Shown in pieces: positions 1 to 12,882 of a stretch of 64,000 nt of DNA (position 1 is its first letter; each line of letters begins with the position of its first letter). The notes beneath the pieces were generated by a model. That model ran no database searches. It was not told the DNA's origin and worked only from the letters and a program-made list of their open reading frames with translations. Origin of the DNA: Octopus sinensis (taxonomy: Eukaryota); contig NC_043023.1 in the NCBI RefSeq assembly GCF_006345805.1, positions 1,364,001 through 1,428,000 on the forward strand. Direction: 5' to 3'. The position numbers and the translations under genes were made by a program.

Positions 1-1470
1 GAAGAAGGAGAAGGAGAAAGAAGAAGAAGAAGAGGAGAAGAGAAGAATACGAAGGAAATGAGAAGGAGAAGAAGAAAAGAAGAAGAAGAAGAAGGAGAAG
101 GAGAAAAGAAAAAGAAGAAGAAGGAGAAGGAGAAGAAGAAGGAGAAGGAGAAGGAGAAGAAGAAAGAGAAGAAGAATAAGGAGAAGGAAAAAGAAGAAGA
201 AGAAGAAGGAGAAGGAGAAGAAGAAGAAGAGAGGAAGGAGAAGAAGAAAGAAGAAGAAGAAGAAGGAGAAGGAAAAAGAAGAAGAGAAAGAAGGAGAAGG
301 AGAAGAAGAAGAAGGAGAAGGAAAAAGAAGAAGAAGAAAAGAAGAAGAAGAAGAAGAAGGAGAAGGAGAAGGAGAAAAAAGAAGAGAAGAAGAAGGAGAA
401 GGAGAAGAAGAAGGAGAAGAAGAAGGAGAAGGAGAAAAGAAGAAGAGAAGGAGAAGGAGAAGAAGAAGAAGGAGAAGGAGAAGGAGAAGAGAAAAAGAAG
501 AAGAAGGAGAAGGAGAAAAGAAGAAGAAGAAGGAGAAGGAAGAAGAAGAAGGAGAAGGAGAAGGAGAAGAAGAAAAGAAGAAGAAGAAGAAGAAGAAGGA
601 GAAAAGAAGAAGAAGAAGAAGGAGAAGGAGAAGAAGAAGAAGGAGAAGGAAGAAGAAGAAGAAGAAGAAGGAGAAGAAGGAGAAGGAGAAGAAGAAGAAG
701 GAAAGAAGAAGAAGGAGAAGGAGAAGAAGGAGAAGGAGAAGGAGAAGAAGAAGAAGGAGAAGGAGAAGAAGAAGAAGAAGAAGGAGAAGGAGAAGAAGGA
801 GAAGAGAAGAAGAAGAAGAAGGAGAAGGAGAAGAAGAAGAAGAAGGAGAAGGAGAAGAAGAAGAAGAAGAAGGAAAAAGAAGAAGAAGAAGAAGAAAAAG
901 AAGAAGGAAGAAGAAGAAGAGAAGAAAAAGAAGAAAGAAGAAAAAGAATAGAAGAAGAAAAAAAGAAAAGAAGAAGAAGAAGAAGAAAAAGAAGAAGAAA
1001 AGAAAAAGAAGAAGAAGAAGACAAGAAGAAAGAAGAAGAAGAAGAAGAAGAAGAAAAGAAGAAAAAGAAGAAGAGAAGAAGAAAAAGGAAGAAGAAAAAA
1101 AGAAGAAGAAGAGAAGAAGAAAAGAAAAAAGAAGAAGAAGAAGAAGAAGAGAAGAAAGAAGAAGAAAAAGAAAAGAAGAAGAAGAGAAGAAGAAGAAAAA
1201 GAAAAGAGAAGAAGAAGAAGAAGAAGGAAGAAAGAAGAAGAAGAAAAGAAAAAGAAAAGAAAAAGAAGAAGAAGAAGAAAAAGAAAAAGAAGAAGAAGAA
1301 GAAGAGAAAAAGAAGAAGAAGAAGAAGAAGAAGAAGAGAAAAAGAAGAAAAAAAGAAGAAAAAGAAAAGAAGAAGAAGAGAAGAAAAAGAAGAGAAGAAG
1401 AAGAAGAAAAGAAGAAAAAGAAAAAGAAGAAGAAGAAGAAGATAAGAAGAAGAAGAAGAAAAGAAGAAAG
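1..1470 (+). repeat. (GAA/GGA)n purine-only trinucleotide repeat
   Basis: About 1.47 kb of GAA/GGA/AAA with only a handful of pyrimidines on the + strand. Confidence 0.98.
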
Positions 1471-1471
1471 A

Positions 1472-1930
1472 GTTGTGACACTAAAATTGTTAACAAGGTC
1501 GGCCCCCTTTTGAATTACAGGTCAACTCAGTTTTGCCAGGTGAGTGGACTGGAGCAACATGAGTAAAGTTCCTTGTTCAAGGACACTCACTCTCTGTCGG
1601 TTATGATGACAAGGGTTCCAGTTTGATCCGATCAATGGAACAGCCTGCCACATGAAATTAAAAGTGCTGTGACTGAGCACCCCACAGGCACGTGTACCCT
1701 AAACATAGTTCTCTGGGAATTCAACATGACACAATATTATAAGACTGGCCCTTTGAAACACAGGTACAACTCATTTTGGTCAGCTGAGTGGACTGAAGCA
1801 ACATGAAGTAAAATATCTTGCTCAAGGACAAAATGTTTAACTCAGGAATTGAACTCATGACTTTACAATCACAAGCTAAACATCATAACCACTAAGTTGA
1901 ATACCTCACCACTAAGCCATGAGCATTCGC
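1472..1930 (-). mobile_element. SINE-D (tRNA head + CORE-like domain): partial copy plus full copy
   Basis: Reverse complement of the + copies at 59083-59712; B-box as ggaattgaactc, CORE-like tcttgctcaaggaca. Confidence 0.8.
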
Positions 1931-2219
1931 AACAACCATTAAGGGCCTACAAAAATAATGGGGTCCACCCCCTGTAACTCTCTGGGTTCATGAAGAGCAG
2001 ACTGAAATCCAAACCCCACACCTCGTGATTGTCATAAAATGCCCTAACCCGCTTAGCCACACATACAAAGACTCACACACACACAAACAACCCACACAGC
2101 CACACGTATAGAGCTAAACCCAATCATATGCTTTTTATACCACAGACTGGACCCTGACCCAAAGTCATTTTGCATACTCCCTTGTCACCTGATACACACA
2201 CATACACAGAGGCATGCCG

Positions 2220-2319
2220 NNNNNNNNNNNNNNNNNNNNNNNNNNNNNNNNNNNNNNNNNNNNNNNNNNNNNNNNNNNNNNNNNNNNNNNNNNNNNNNNN
2301 NNNNNNNNNNNNNNNNNNN
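2220..2319. other. Assembly gap (100 N)
   Basis: Exactly 100 N. Confidence 1.
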
Positions 2320-2379
2320 AGAAGAAGAAAAGAAGAAGAAGAAGAGAAGAAGAAAAAGAAGAAGAAGAAAAAGAAGAAG

Positions 2380-2409
<30 letters not shown>
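2320..2409 (+). repeat. (GAA)n
   Basis: Direct reading. Confidence 0.97.
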
Positions 2410-2410
<1 letters not shown>

Positions 2411-2866
2411 GGTGACACTAAATGTAACAAGGTCGGCCCCTTTTGAATTACAGGTACAACTCAGTTTTGCCAGGTGAGTGGACTGGAGCAACATGGAGTA
2501 AAGTGCCTTGCTCAAGGACACTCACTCTCTGTCGGTTATGATGACAAGGGTTCCAGTTGATCCGAGCAATGGAACAGCCTGCCACATGAAATTAAAGTGC
2601 ATGTGACTGAGCACCCCACAGGCACGTGTACCCTAAACATAGTTCTCTGGGAGATTCAACATGACACAATATGATAAGACTGGCCCTTTGAAACACAGGT
2701 ACAACTCATTTTGGTCAGCTGAGTGGACTGAAGCAACATGAAGTAAAATATCTTGCTCAAGGACAAAATGTTTAACCAGGAATTGAACTCATGACTTTAC
2801 AATCACAAGCTAAACATCATAACCACTAAGTTGAATACCTTCACCACTAAGCCATGAGCATTCGCA
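2410..2866 (-). mobile_element. SINE-D partial plus full copy (duplicate of 1472-1930)
   Basis: Same sequence as 1472-1930. Confidence 0.8.
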
Positions 2867-3136
2867 ACAACCATTAAGGGCCTACAAAAATAATGGGGTC
2901 CACCCCCTGTAACTCTCTGGGGTTCATGAAGAGCATACTGAAATCCAAACCCACAACCTCGTGATTGTCAGTAAAATGCCCTAACCGCTTAGCCACACAC
3001 ATACAAAGACTCACACACACAAACACACACACAGCCACACGTATAGAGCTAAACCCAATCATATGCTTATTTATACACACAGACTGGACCCTGACCCAAA
3101 GTCATTTTGCATAGCTCCCGTGTCACCTGATACACA
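2410..3136 (+). other. Near-identical second copy of 1472-2218 across the gap
   Basis: Collinear match differing mainly by single-base indels. Confidence 0.92.
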
Positions 3137-3216
3137 CACATACACAGAGGCATGCGCGCCTACATAAACAAGTTCTCACACACACACACATATAAACACA
3201 CAGAGTAAGGGATTAA

Positions 3217-3710
3217 GGCCCCTTCAGTCATGAATGACCATGGGATTGCACCTAGAAAGTTTCCCTCTGAGGCACACGTCTGGGTAAAGTCGTTTATGGA
3301 AGATCAGCATTCACCCATGCATACCAGCCCCTGCTCTCCATGCCATTAAATGTACATGGAGTAAAGGGTAAAGACCCCACTCCAGTCATGAATGACCATG
3401 GAATTGCCCCTAGAAAGTTCCCCTCTGAGGCACAAGTCTGGGTAAAGTCGTTTATGGAAGACCAGCAATTGTCCATGCATACCAGCCTCCCCTCTTCATG
3501 CCACTGATGTTATCCAAGAGAAAGGCAAAGGTGCCGATACAGCTTGGCACCAGTGATGTCACAACTCATATCTACAGCTGAGTGAACTGGAGCAACGTGA
3601 AGTAAAGTGTCTTGCTCAAGAACACAACACACAGCCCGGTCTGAGAATCGAACTCACTACTTCATGATTGTGAACCTGAAGCACTAGCCACTGAGCCACG
3701 CACCTTCACA
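3217..3710 (-). mobile_element. SINE-C (tRNA head + CORE-like) full copy 3372-3710 with duplicated 3' end 3217-3355
   Basis: Head on minus: gtgaaggtgcgtggctcagtggctag...gagttcgattctc; CORE-like gtgttcttgagcaagacacttta; matches five other copies in the window. Confidence 0.85.
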
Positions 3711-4129
3711 CAAACACACAACATGAAATTGTATTATTTTGCTTGCATTTATGTTACCTCTGGTCAGAGTTTGACAGTTACAAAAGCGGGAGGGAGAACT
3801 ATGAGGGGGCGTGTGAAGTGATGCTGGGGGTGGGATGGAGGTTGGAGTGGGGTGTCTGGAGTGGAGTGCGAGGTAAAGTTGGAGCTTGGCTTGCTGGCTG
3901 GCTTACTTCCTGGCTGGCTGGCTTGAGCAAAAACATATCATGGATAACTGCGATGAAGATGAGCCCCCAGGGGAAGAGGTCGCAGGGTTGCAGGTGGGGG
4001 TGAGTTGGCGGTGAGGAGGCAGGGGGCAACACCATTTATATAACAATCATAAGCAGCTGCGAAAATGTGACAATGATACTAACGAGGAAGACGAAGATGT
4101 TTGTGATGACGACAACAATGATGCGACAG

Positions 4130-4625
4130 AAATGGAGGTGGTGATGATGATGACGATGATGATGAAACAAAGATTGTGATGATAATGATGATGATGATAA
4201 TGGTGGTGATGATCATCACAATGGTTATGACAAAATGGTAATAATACACAGCAATGAAGGAGCTTCTAGCGGTGATGATGACGATGATGATGATGGCAGT
4301 GGTGATAGTGGTGAGGATGATAATGTGGATGACAGCAACGATGATGACGATGATGATAACGAAGATGATGATGATAACGATGATGATGATGATAATGATG
4401 ATGATGATGGCAGTGTGTTATTTAGCATCATTACCATCATCAGTGCAAACAACATGCCCATCACAACCACCATCACCACCACCATCATCATCATCATCAT
4501 TGCTTTCATTGTAATCGCAACCTCTGACACCGCCAGTAATACCATCACCTTCACCATCACTGCCACTACTACTGTAAACTACATCATCACTACCGCAACT
4601 ACCATCAGCACCACCATTTCCACTG
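4130..4625. repeat. (GAT)n-rich tract switching to (CAT/CAC)n
   Basis: Direct reading; strand switch near 4415. Confidence 0.9.
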
Positions 4626-4659
4626 ACAATAATGAGACTGACAGAGAGGGAAAAAGAGA

Positions 4660-4747
4660 GAGAGATAGAGAAAGATAGATAGATATTTAGATAGATAGTT
4701 AGATAGATAGATAGATGGATAGATAGATAGGTATTTAGATAGATAGT

Positions 4748-4804
<57 letters not shown>

Positions 4805-4835
4805 GGATAGATAGATAGGTATTTAGATAGATAGT

Positions 4836-4904
<69 letters not shown>

Positions 4905-4935
4905 GGATAGATAGATAGGTATTTAGATAGATAGT

Positions 4936-4979
<44 letters not shown>

Positions 4980-4996
4980 CAGATAGAGACATAGAT

Positions 4997-5045
<49 letters not shown>

Positions 5046-5046
5046 G

Positions 5047-5089
<43 letters not shown>

Positions 5090-5090
5090 G

Positions 5091-5133
<43 letters not shown>

Positions 5134-5161
5134 CCAGATAAATAGATAGATAGATAGATAT

Positions 5162-5194
<33 letters not shown>

Positions 5195-5287
5195 TAGATA
5201 GATAGATAGATAGATAGAAAGACAGAGAGATAGATAGAAAGACAGAGAGATAGATAGAAAGGCAGAGAGATAGATAGACAGACAGAG

Positions 5288-5329
<42 letters not shown>

Positions 5330-5357
5330 CCAGATAAATAGATAGATAGATAGATAT

Positions 5358-5436
<79 letters not shown>

Positions 5437-5600
5437 CATAAAGATAGATAGATAGATAGAAAGATAAGTAGATAGATAGATAAAGATGGATGGACAGACA
5501 AATAGATAGATAGATAGATAGATATACACAGACATACAAAGAAGATAAACAGATAGCTAAATACTGAAATAGAAGGATAGATAAGATAGACAGACAGACG
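4660..5600 (+). repeat. (GATA)n/(GACA)n microsatellite
   Basis: Direct reading. Confidence 0.97.
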
Positions 5601-5794
5601 GACAGCCAGCAAGAGCAATGTAGAGACAAACAGACAAGACACCCCCACCCCATCCAATTCCCCCACTGCCCCAAACCAACCGTTTTCTAATTACTCAATG
5701 CCAATATTTGAAAAAGAAGTCCCTAAAATTTTTTAAAGGGTTTCAGGCAGACCCCTTTATTTTTTTTCCCTTCAATTTATTTTCTCCATGTTTG

Positions 5795-5832
<38 letters not shown>

Positions 5833-6129
5833 ATTCGGTGTGTGTGTATGTGTATGTGATTTGGTGTGTGTGTGTATGTGTATGTGTGTGTGTGTGAGTG
5901 TTGTTGCAGGTTATGTCACCTCCTCTTCCCTCTACCCTTGTGAAATTTCATCCCTCCTCCTTCTGTGAAAAATAAATATTATAAAAACATATAAAAAACC
6001 ATATTAAGGTCCACATCCACCCAGCATTCACACATCAACTACCCTTAAGTCACCATTTAGCCACCCCATGCTGTGATTACTAGCAACAATGCCAAATTAA
6101 ACAACAATAACAACAGTGCCACAAAGCAA

Positions 6130-7320
6130 TGAGGGAGACCTCGACATGGTAGTCAAAATTTGTAGAAATAGCAGCCAAATCTCCCTCGAATCGCATTCTA
6201 CAGTCTTACGTATACGTATATATGAGCCAATGAGGAAGACCTCTATATGGGAGATTTGGCTGCTATTTCTACCAGGTGTAGCTATCAGTAGAGGTCTCAC
6301 TCATCAGCTCATATATAAATACATAAGATAGTGACGTGTGATTTGAGGAAGATTTGGCTGCTATTTCTACCAAGTCTAGCTACCATGTAGAGGTCTCCCT
6401 CAAATAACACCCTACTGTCTTATGTGTGTATATATGAGCCAATGAGGGAGACCTCTACATGGTAGCTAGACTTGGTAGAAATAGCAGCCAAATCTTCCTC
6501 AAATCACACGTCACTATCTTATGTATTTATATATGAGCTGATGAGTGAGACCTCTACTGATAGCTACACCTGGTAGAAATAGCAGCCAAATCTCCCTTAA
6601 ATCATATTAAACAGTCTTACGTATATGTATATATGAGCCAATGAGGAAGACCTCTATATGGTAGCAAGACCAGGTAGAAATAGTAACCAAATCTCCCTCA
6701 AATAACATCCTACTGTCTTATGTATATATATATGTATGAGCTGATGAGGGAGACTGCTAGTTGGTAGCTAGACCTGGTAGAAATAGCAGCCAAATCTTCC
6801 TCAAATCAGACATCACTATCTTATGTATCTATATATATATGAGCTGATGAGTGAGACCTCTATATGGCAGCCACACCTGGTGGAAATAGAAGCCAAATTT
6901 TCCTCAAATCACACCCTACTGTCTTATATAAGTATATATGAATGGCCCATTGAGGGAGACCTCTATTTCATGGCAAGACATGGGAGAAATGGCAACTAAA
7001 TCAAACTCAAATCACATGCTACTCTATTATATATGTTTATATGTATGTATGAGCCAATGAGGGAGACCTCTACATGGTAGTTACACCTGTTAGAAATAGC
7101 AGCTAAATCTCCCTCATTCATACCCTACTGTCTTATGTATGTATGAGCCAATAAGGGAGACCTCTACATGGTAGCTATACCTGGTAGAAATAACAGCCAA
7201 AACTCAATCAAATCACATTCCATCTTAAAAATAGGCACACTGGGTAATTTGTCCTGAGTTTTTTTACACTTAGGGATGGTCATAGTTGGAATGAATGTGA
7301 TCTTAGACTAATCAGATAAA
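6130..7320 (+). repeat. About 100-bp tandem array (about 10 units) of an internal segment of SINE-E, with an internal inversion
   Basis: Units start near 6224, 6436, 6535, 6635, 6738, 6841, 6942, 7051, 7145; core ggtagaaatagcagccaaatc; the last unit continues into ...gggatggtcatagttggaatg. Confidence 0.85.
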
Positions 7321-8159
7321 ATTTAGGATTAAAAAACTGGTGTTGATTTTTTTGTGTACCTGTAACTTAGTGGTTTGACAAGAGATTGATACAATAAGTG
7401 TGAGTCATGAAAAGACATATGCTAGGATCAATTTGTTTCACTAAACCCCTCAAGGTTGTGCCAAAACAAGGCCTCTATCTCTTTAGGCAAACAATAACAG
7501 ACATAAAGGATGTATTTATATTGTATAGTTGCAAAGATAATTTACTTGGCGTAAGCAAGTCCTATCTTTACAGCTGTTTCACATAACTGATGACTGTTTG
7601 CTATAAACATGAATATCATGCAAGCATGTACAATACCAAGTGACTATTGTAGATATACATAAAAGCAAAGAACACAGATAAAGACATCATGATTTTGCTG
7701 CACAGTGCTACCAAAATCCATGTTGATATTTTCCCTTTGGTTTTTCCAAATACTTAATATAATAACTTAACATTGACCTTTCTTACATTATATTCATGGT
7801 TGTATGAATGAGTCATCAGTTGTCCGAAACAACTGTAAAGAAAACACTTGATTACATCATACAATTTGTAAATGTAACTTTGCATATAAATTACATTACT
7901 TTCATCTGTTTTTTTTTTGTTTTTCATCTGTTCTTTCAAAGATCATTCTTATTGCCGACTTTCTACCTCTGTAATCTGTACCCTGATGAAGAGGTTTAAG
8001 GTTCAAATTTCTCTGAGCACTACTTGGTGGTACTTTGCATCAGGGGTACATAAGCATTTCGTTGCATATTATATATCTATATATAAATACACACACATGT
8101 GTGTATATATATATACATATATAGATACACAAAAATACCTTTACACATACACAACCAAC

Positions 8160-8580
8160 CAAATAAATATATAGATAGATAGAGAGAGAGAGAGAGGCAG
8201 GGTGAGATAGTCAGGAAGATGTAGATAGATAAACAAAGAGATAGATAGAAAGATAGATAGTCAGATTGAGAGGCAATACAGATAGAGTGACAGATGCACT
8301 GACAGACAGACAGACAGATAAGCAGATAGATGGATAGCTAAATAGGTTGATAGAGAGATAGATAAGTGGATGGATAGATAGAAAGAGATGGATAGATAGA
8401 TAGATAGATAAATAGAAAGATGGATAGATACATAGATAGATGAAAAATAGAAAGATAAATAGATAGATAGATAAATAGGTAGACAGACAGACAGACAAAT
8501 ATATAGTAGGAAGGATAGATGACTGATTTGATAGAGAGGCAGATAAACAGAAAGACAGCCAGGCAGACAAACAGACAGAC
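8160..8580 (+). repeat. Degenerate (GATA)/(GACA) microsatellite
   Basis: Direct reading. Confidence 0.9.
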
Positions 8581-8869
8581 ATCAACCACAACTGCTATGA
8601 AGGCAGCGCTAGTGGTATTGAATTACCATATTGATAAAGAAGCTGTTCATGATGATGTTAGAGGTGATGGTCATGGGGGGGAGGGATACTGTAACCCAAA
8701 TCTCAAACAGCAGAAAGTGCTCTCTCTCTCTCTCCTCTTCCTTCCTATCTCTTTCCTCCTCCACATCTACATTTTCTCCCTCCAGTGAAGGAGAGCACAC
8801 TGGTGCATTGTGGGAAGGACTATTAACTTAATAGGGCTACTTGACTGCCCATGTGGATGGCTTCTGTAT

Positions 8870-9200
8870 TGGTGGTGGTGGTGATGGCAGTGGCGGAGGT
8901 GGTGGTGGCGGCGGCGGTGGTGGTGCTGCTGGAGGCAGTGGCGGTGGTGGAAGCAGTGGTGGTGTAAGCGGTGGTGGTGGTGGTGACAGTGGTGGTGGTG
9001 GTGGAGGTGGTGGTGGAGGTGGTGGAGGTTGTGGAGGTGGTGGTGGCAGTGGTGGTGTAAGCGGTGGTGGTGGTGGAGGTGGAGGTGGTGGTGGAGGTGG
9101 TGGTGGAGGTGGTGTCGGTTGTGGAGGTGGTGGCGGCAGTGGTGGTGTAAGCGGTGGTGGTGGTGGAGGTGGAGGTGGTGGCGGCGGTGGTGGTGACTGT
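8870..9200 (+). repeat. (GGT)n-rich repeat
   Basis: Direct reading. Confidence 0.93.
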
Positions 9201-9237
9201 ATTGCTGCACTGGGGACAGGGGAGGGTCAAGCTGCTC

Positions 9238-9782
9238 TTGTTGTTTAGCCCCAGGTCAGTCCCGATCCAGCAGATCTATGCTCAAAGCTGTTCCAACTAA
9301 TGTAATACCATCCAATCTTTTACTCATAGTGTATCTTGGACTACATTATCTAAAGTATAGTACAGCAATTAGCATTAGCAGCCATACTTCTTGTTCCTAC
9401 TTAGCCCCGGGTCAGTTCTGATCCAGCTGACCTATGATCAAAGATAGTTTAGCTGAGATCATCCCATATTTTATTCAGGTATAGTGTATCTAGGACTACA
9501 TTACCCAATGTATAGTACAATAGTTAATATTAGCAATTATAATTCTTGTTAATATTGTCAGTCCTGGTGTTCTTGATGTGACCACCCTACTTTTTATTCA
9601 GACACAGTATATCTAGGACTACATTATCGAATGTACAGTATAGTATTTAGTATTAGTGGTGTGTCTATATCCAGATAGGCTTATGATCAAAGACGTTCCA
9701 GCTGTGACCATCCCATCTTTTATTCAGACATAGTGTATCTAGGACTACATTATCGAATGTACAGTATAGTAGTTAGTATTAG
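9238..9782 (-). repeat. Degenerate tandem array of the SINE-E 3' tail, minus orientation
   Basis: Repeated gtgtatctaggactacatta and accatccc...ttttattca; reverse of the 10200-11500 units. Confidence 0.8.
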
Positions 9783-9789
9783 TATATGT

Positions 9790-10168
9790 AGTTGGTAAGC
9801 AAGCTACTTACAACACAGCCACTCCTATGCCTATGTACAGAAGGTAAAGAGTAAAGACCTCCTTCGGTCATGAATGACCATGGGATTGCAATTGGAAAGT
9901 TCCACTCCGAGGCATGAGCCCAGGCAAGGTTGTTTCGTGGAAGACGAGCAGTCGCCCATGCATACCAGGTTCCCCTTTCTGTGCCAACGATGTTGTCCAA
10001 GAGAAAGGCAAAGGGTCCGATACACCTTGGCACCAGTGAAGTTGCAACTCATTTCTACAGATGGAACAATATGAAAAATGAAGCATCTTGCTCAAGAACA
10101 CAACACACAGCCTGGTCTTGGAATCGAACCCACTACCTCACAATTGTGAGCCCAATGCTCTAACCACT
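9790..10168 (-). mobile_element. SINE-A head fragment (9790-9833) plus SINE-C (9854-10168)
   Basis: Match to other copies; gtacagtatagt(a/t)gttagtattag on both sides (TSD-like). Confidence 0.8.
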
Positions 10169-10199
10169 GTGTACAGTATAGTTGTTAGTATTAGCTGCA

Positions 10200-11500
10200 G
10201 AGTGAAAGATGGGATGGTCATGGCCAGAACATTTTTGATCACAGGTCTCTCGGCTCGATCAAGACTGACCAGGAACTAAACAACAATAACAACTATTTAG
10301 GCACTAAAACTAACTAATATACTATACATTGGATAATGTAGTCCTAGATACACAATGGCTGAATAAAAGATTGGATGGTCACACCTGGAACATCTCTGAT
10401 CATAAGACTACTGGATCAGGTTTGACCTGGGGCTAAACAATGAGAACTTTCGCCACCATGACTGACTTTTATTTTGTACATTAGATAATGTAGTCCTAGA
10501 TACACAATGTCTGAATAAAAGATTGGATGGTTACACCTGGAACATCTCTGATCATAAGACTACTGGATCAGGTTTGACCTGGGGCTAAACAATGAGAACT
10601 ATAGCCACCAAGACTAACTTTTATTTTGTACATTAGATAATGTAGTCCTAGATACACAATGTCTGAATAAAAGATGGGATGGTCACATCTGGAACATCTC
10701 GGATCATAAGACTACTGGATCAGGTTTGACCTGGGGCTAAACAATTAGAACTATAGCCACCAAGACTAACTTTTATTTTGTACATTAGATAATGTAGTCC
10801 TAGATACACAATGTCTGAATAAAAGATGGGATGGTCACATCTGGAACATCTCGGATCATAAGACTACTGGATCAGGTTTGACCTGGGGCTAAACAATGAG
10901 AACTATAGCCACCAAGACTAACTTTTATTTTGTACATTAGATAATGTAGTCCTAGATACACAATGTCTGAATAAAAGATGGGATGGTCACAGCTGGAACA
11001 ATTTTGATCATAGGGCAGCTGAATCAGCACAGGCCTATGGTTAAACAACAGCTACAGTCACTAATATGAACTACTATTAAGTATACATTAGAAAATGTAG
11101 CCTTACCTGAATATAAGATGGGATGGTCACTGCTGGAACATCTTTAATAAAAGGTCTGCAGGATCAACTCTGACCCAGGGCTAAACAACAACTATAGTCA
11201 CCAATACTTGCTACTATACTGTACATTAAATAATGTAGTCCTAGATACACTATGTCTGAATAAAAGATGGGATGGTCACAGATGGAACATCCTTGATCAT
11301 TGGTCTACTGGATCAGGACTGGCCTGGGGTTAAACAACAGCAACAGCCACTAATACTAACTACTACTAGTATACATTAGGTAATATAGTCTTCTCTGAAG
11401 ATAAGATGGGATGGTCACTTCTGGAATATCTTTGATTATAGGTTCATAGCTTTGGATTAAGACTGTCCTGTGGCTAAACAAAACAATAACAAAAACAACA
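10200..11500 (+). repeat. 152-bp tandem array of the SINE-E 3' tail
   Basis: gataatgtagtcc at 10332, 10484, 10636, 10788, 10940 (period 152), degenerate at the flanks. Confidence 0.92.
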
Positions 11501-11519
11501 GTGAAAAACCACCACCAAT

Positions 11520-11550
<31 letters not shown>

Positions 11551-11644
11551 CTCTACCTCCACTAGCACCTATACAACAATGCAAGAAGCCATACTGAAGA
11601 TACAGTAATAATTACAACCAGCATTATTTACATTTAGACATCTT

Positions 11645-12420
11645 GACTTGGTGGTTGTGGTGGTGATGGTCGCAGTGGTATTGGTAGAAGACGAGGGGGT
11701 GGTGGCAGTAGTGTGGTGGTGGTGGTGGTGGTAGTGATAGTGGTAGTGTTGGTGGTGATGGCGGTCGTAGCGTTTGTGATGGTGGTGACAGTGATGATGG
11801 TGGTGGTAGTGATGGTGGTAGTAGCGTTTGTGGTGGTGGTGGTGGTGATAGTGACGATGGTGGTGTTGGTGTTAGTGGTGGTGATGGTGGTGGTAGTGAT
11901 AGTGGTGGTGATGGTGGTGTTGGTGTTAGTGGTGGTGATGGTCGCAGTGGTATTGGTAGAAGGTGAGGTGGTCGCAGTAGTGTGGTGGTGGTGGTAGTGA
12001 TAGTGGTGGTGATGGTGGTGGTGGTAGCGTTTGTGATGGTGGTAACAGTGATGATGGTGGTGGTGGTAGTGATGGTGGTAGTAGCGGTGGGTTTTATAGT
12101 AGTTGTGGTAGTGGTAGTTGGTGATGGTGGTAGTGTCTCTAACAAGAATGACGACCAACACAACAACCTCACCATACTACCACCACAGCCAACACCACCA
12201 TCACCACCACCTGCAACAATAACAAGAACAATGCCACAAATGCACAACCACTCCACCCCCACCCCCACCACCACAGAAGTACATCCTCGCCGCCTCTTCC
12301 AACTTAAGCCGAAGCAGCACCGCCAATACCACCTCCAACACAACCACCACTACCTTCCCAGCCCTATTATGCATTCACAATACCAACGCCATCGCCACCA
12401 CTGCCGACAATAACTACAAC
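11645..12420. repeat. (GGT/GAT)n tract switching to (CAC/ACC)n
   Basis: Direct reading; switch near 12140-12160. Confidence 0.9.
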
Positions 12421-12658
12421 ACTAGCACAAATGTACATCTTCGTCACCCCCCACAACAGACCCACCCCACCCCCACCACATAGCCTAGCTCCCTCCCCCC
12501 CCCCATCATCCAATCCCTCCTTGTCACAGCCATTTCAAAGCCACCGCATGCAGAGACAGTTTTCGTCCGTATGTTTGTGTCGTTTTAATAGAATCATAAT
12601 TGTCCTCAGTGTATACACACACATGCATGAATATATACACACATATATAGAACCTCCA

Positions 12659-12819
12659 GGCGCAGGAGTGGCTGTGTGGTAAGTAGCTTGCTTACCAACC
12701 ACATGGCTCCGGGTTCAGTCCCACTGCGTGGCATCTTGGGCAAGTGTCTTCTGCTATAGCCCCGGGCCGACCAAAATCTTGTGAGTGGATTTGGAAGACG
12801 AAAATGAAAGAAGCCCACC

Positions 12820-12882
<63 letters not shown>

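Noticed and set aside
58-951. 297-aa K/E/R-rich ORF
   Set aside because: Translation of a purine-only repeat, which cannot contain stop codons
4747-5674. Long YLSI-repeat ORFs, and similar YI/HT/VC/poly-G/T ORFs throughout
   Set aside because: Translations of microsatellites
6535-6590. CTGATGA...GAAA in the 100-bp array as a hammerhead
   Set aside because: No stem II closing next to GAAA and no NUH/stem I; most units read CCAATGA
7975-8030. CTGATGA with GTACC/GGTAC flanks
   Set aside because: G12 and the U16.1 position are absent; too many assumptions needed
8786-8831. Strong polypyrimidine tract + CAG before EGEHTGALWEGLLT*
   Set aside because: The tract derives from a (TC)n microsatellite; the peptide is short and unrecognised
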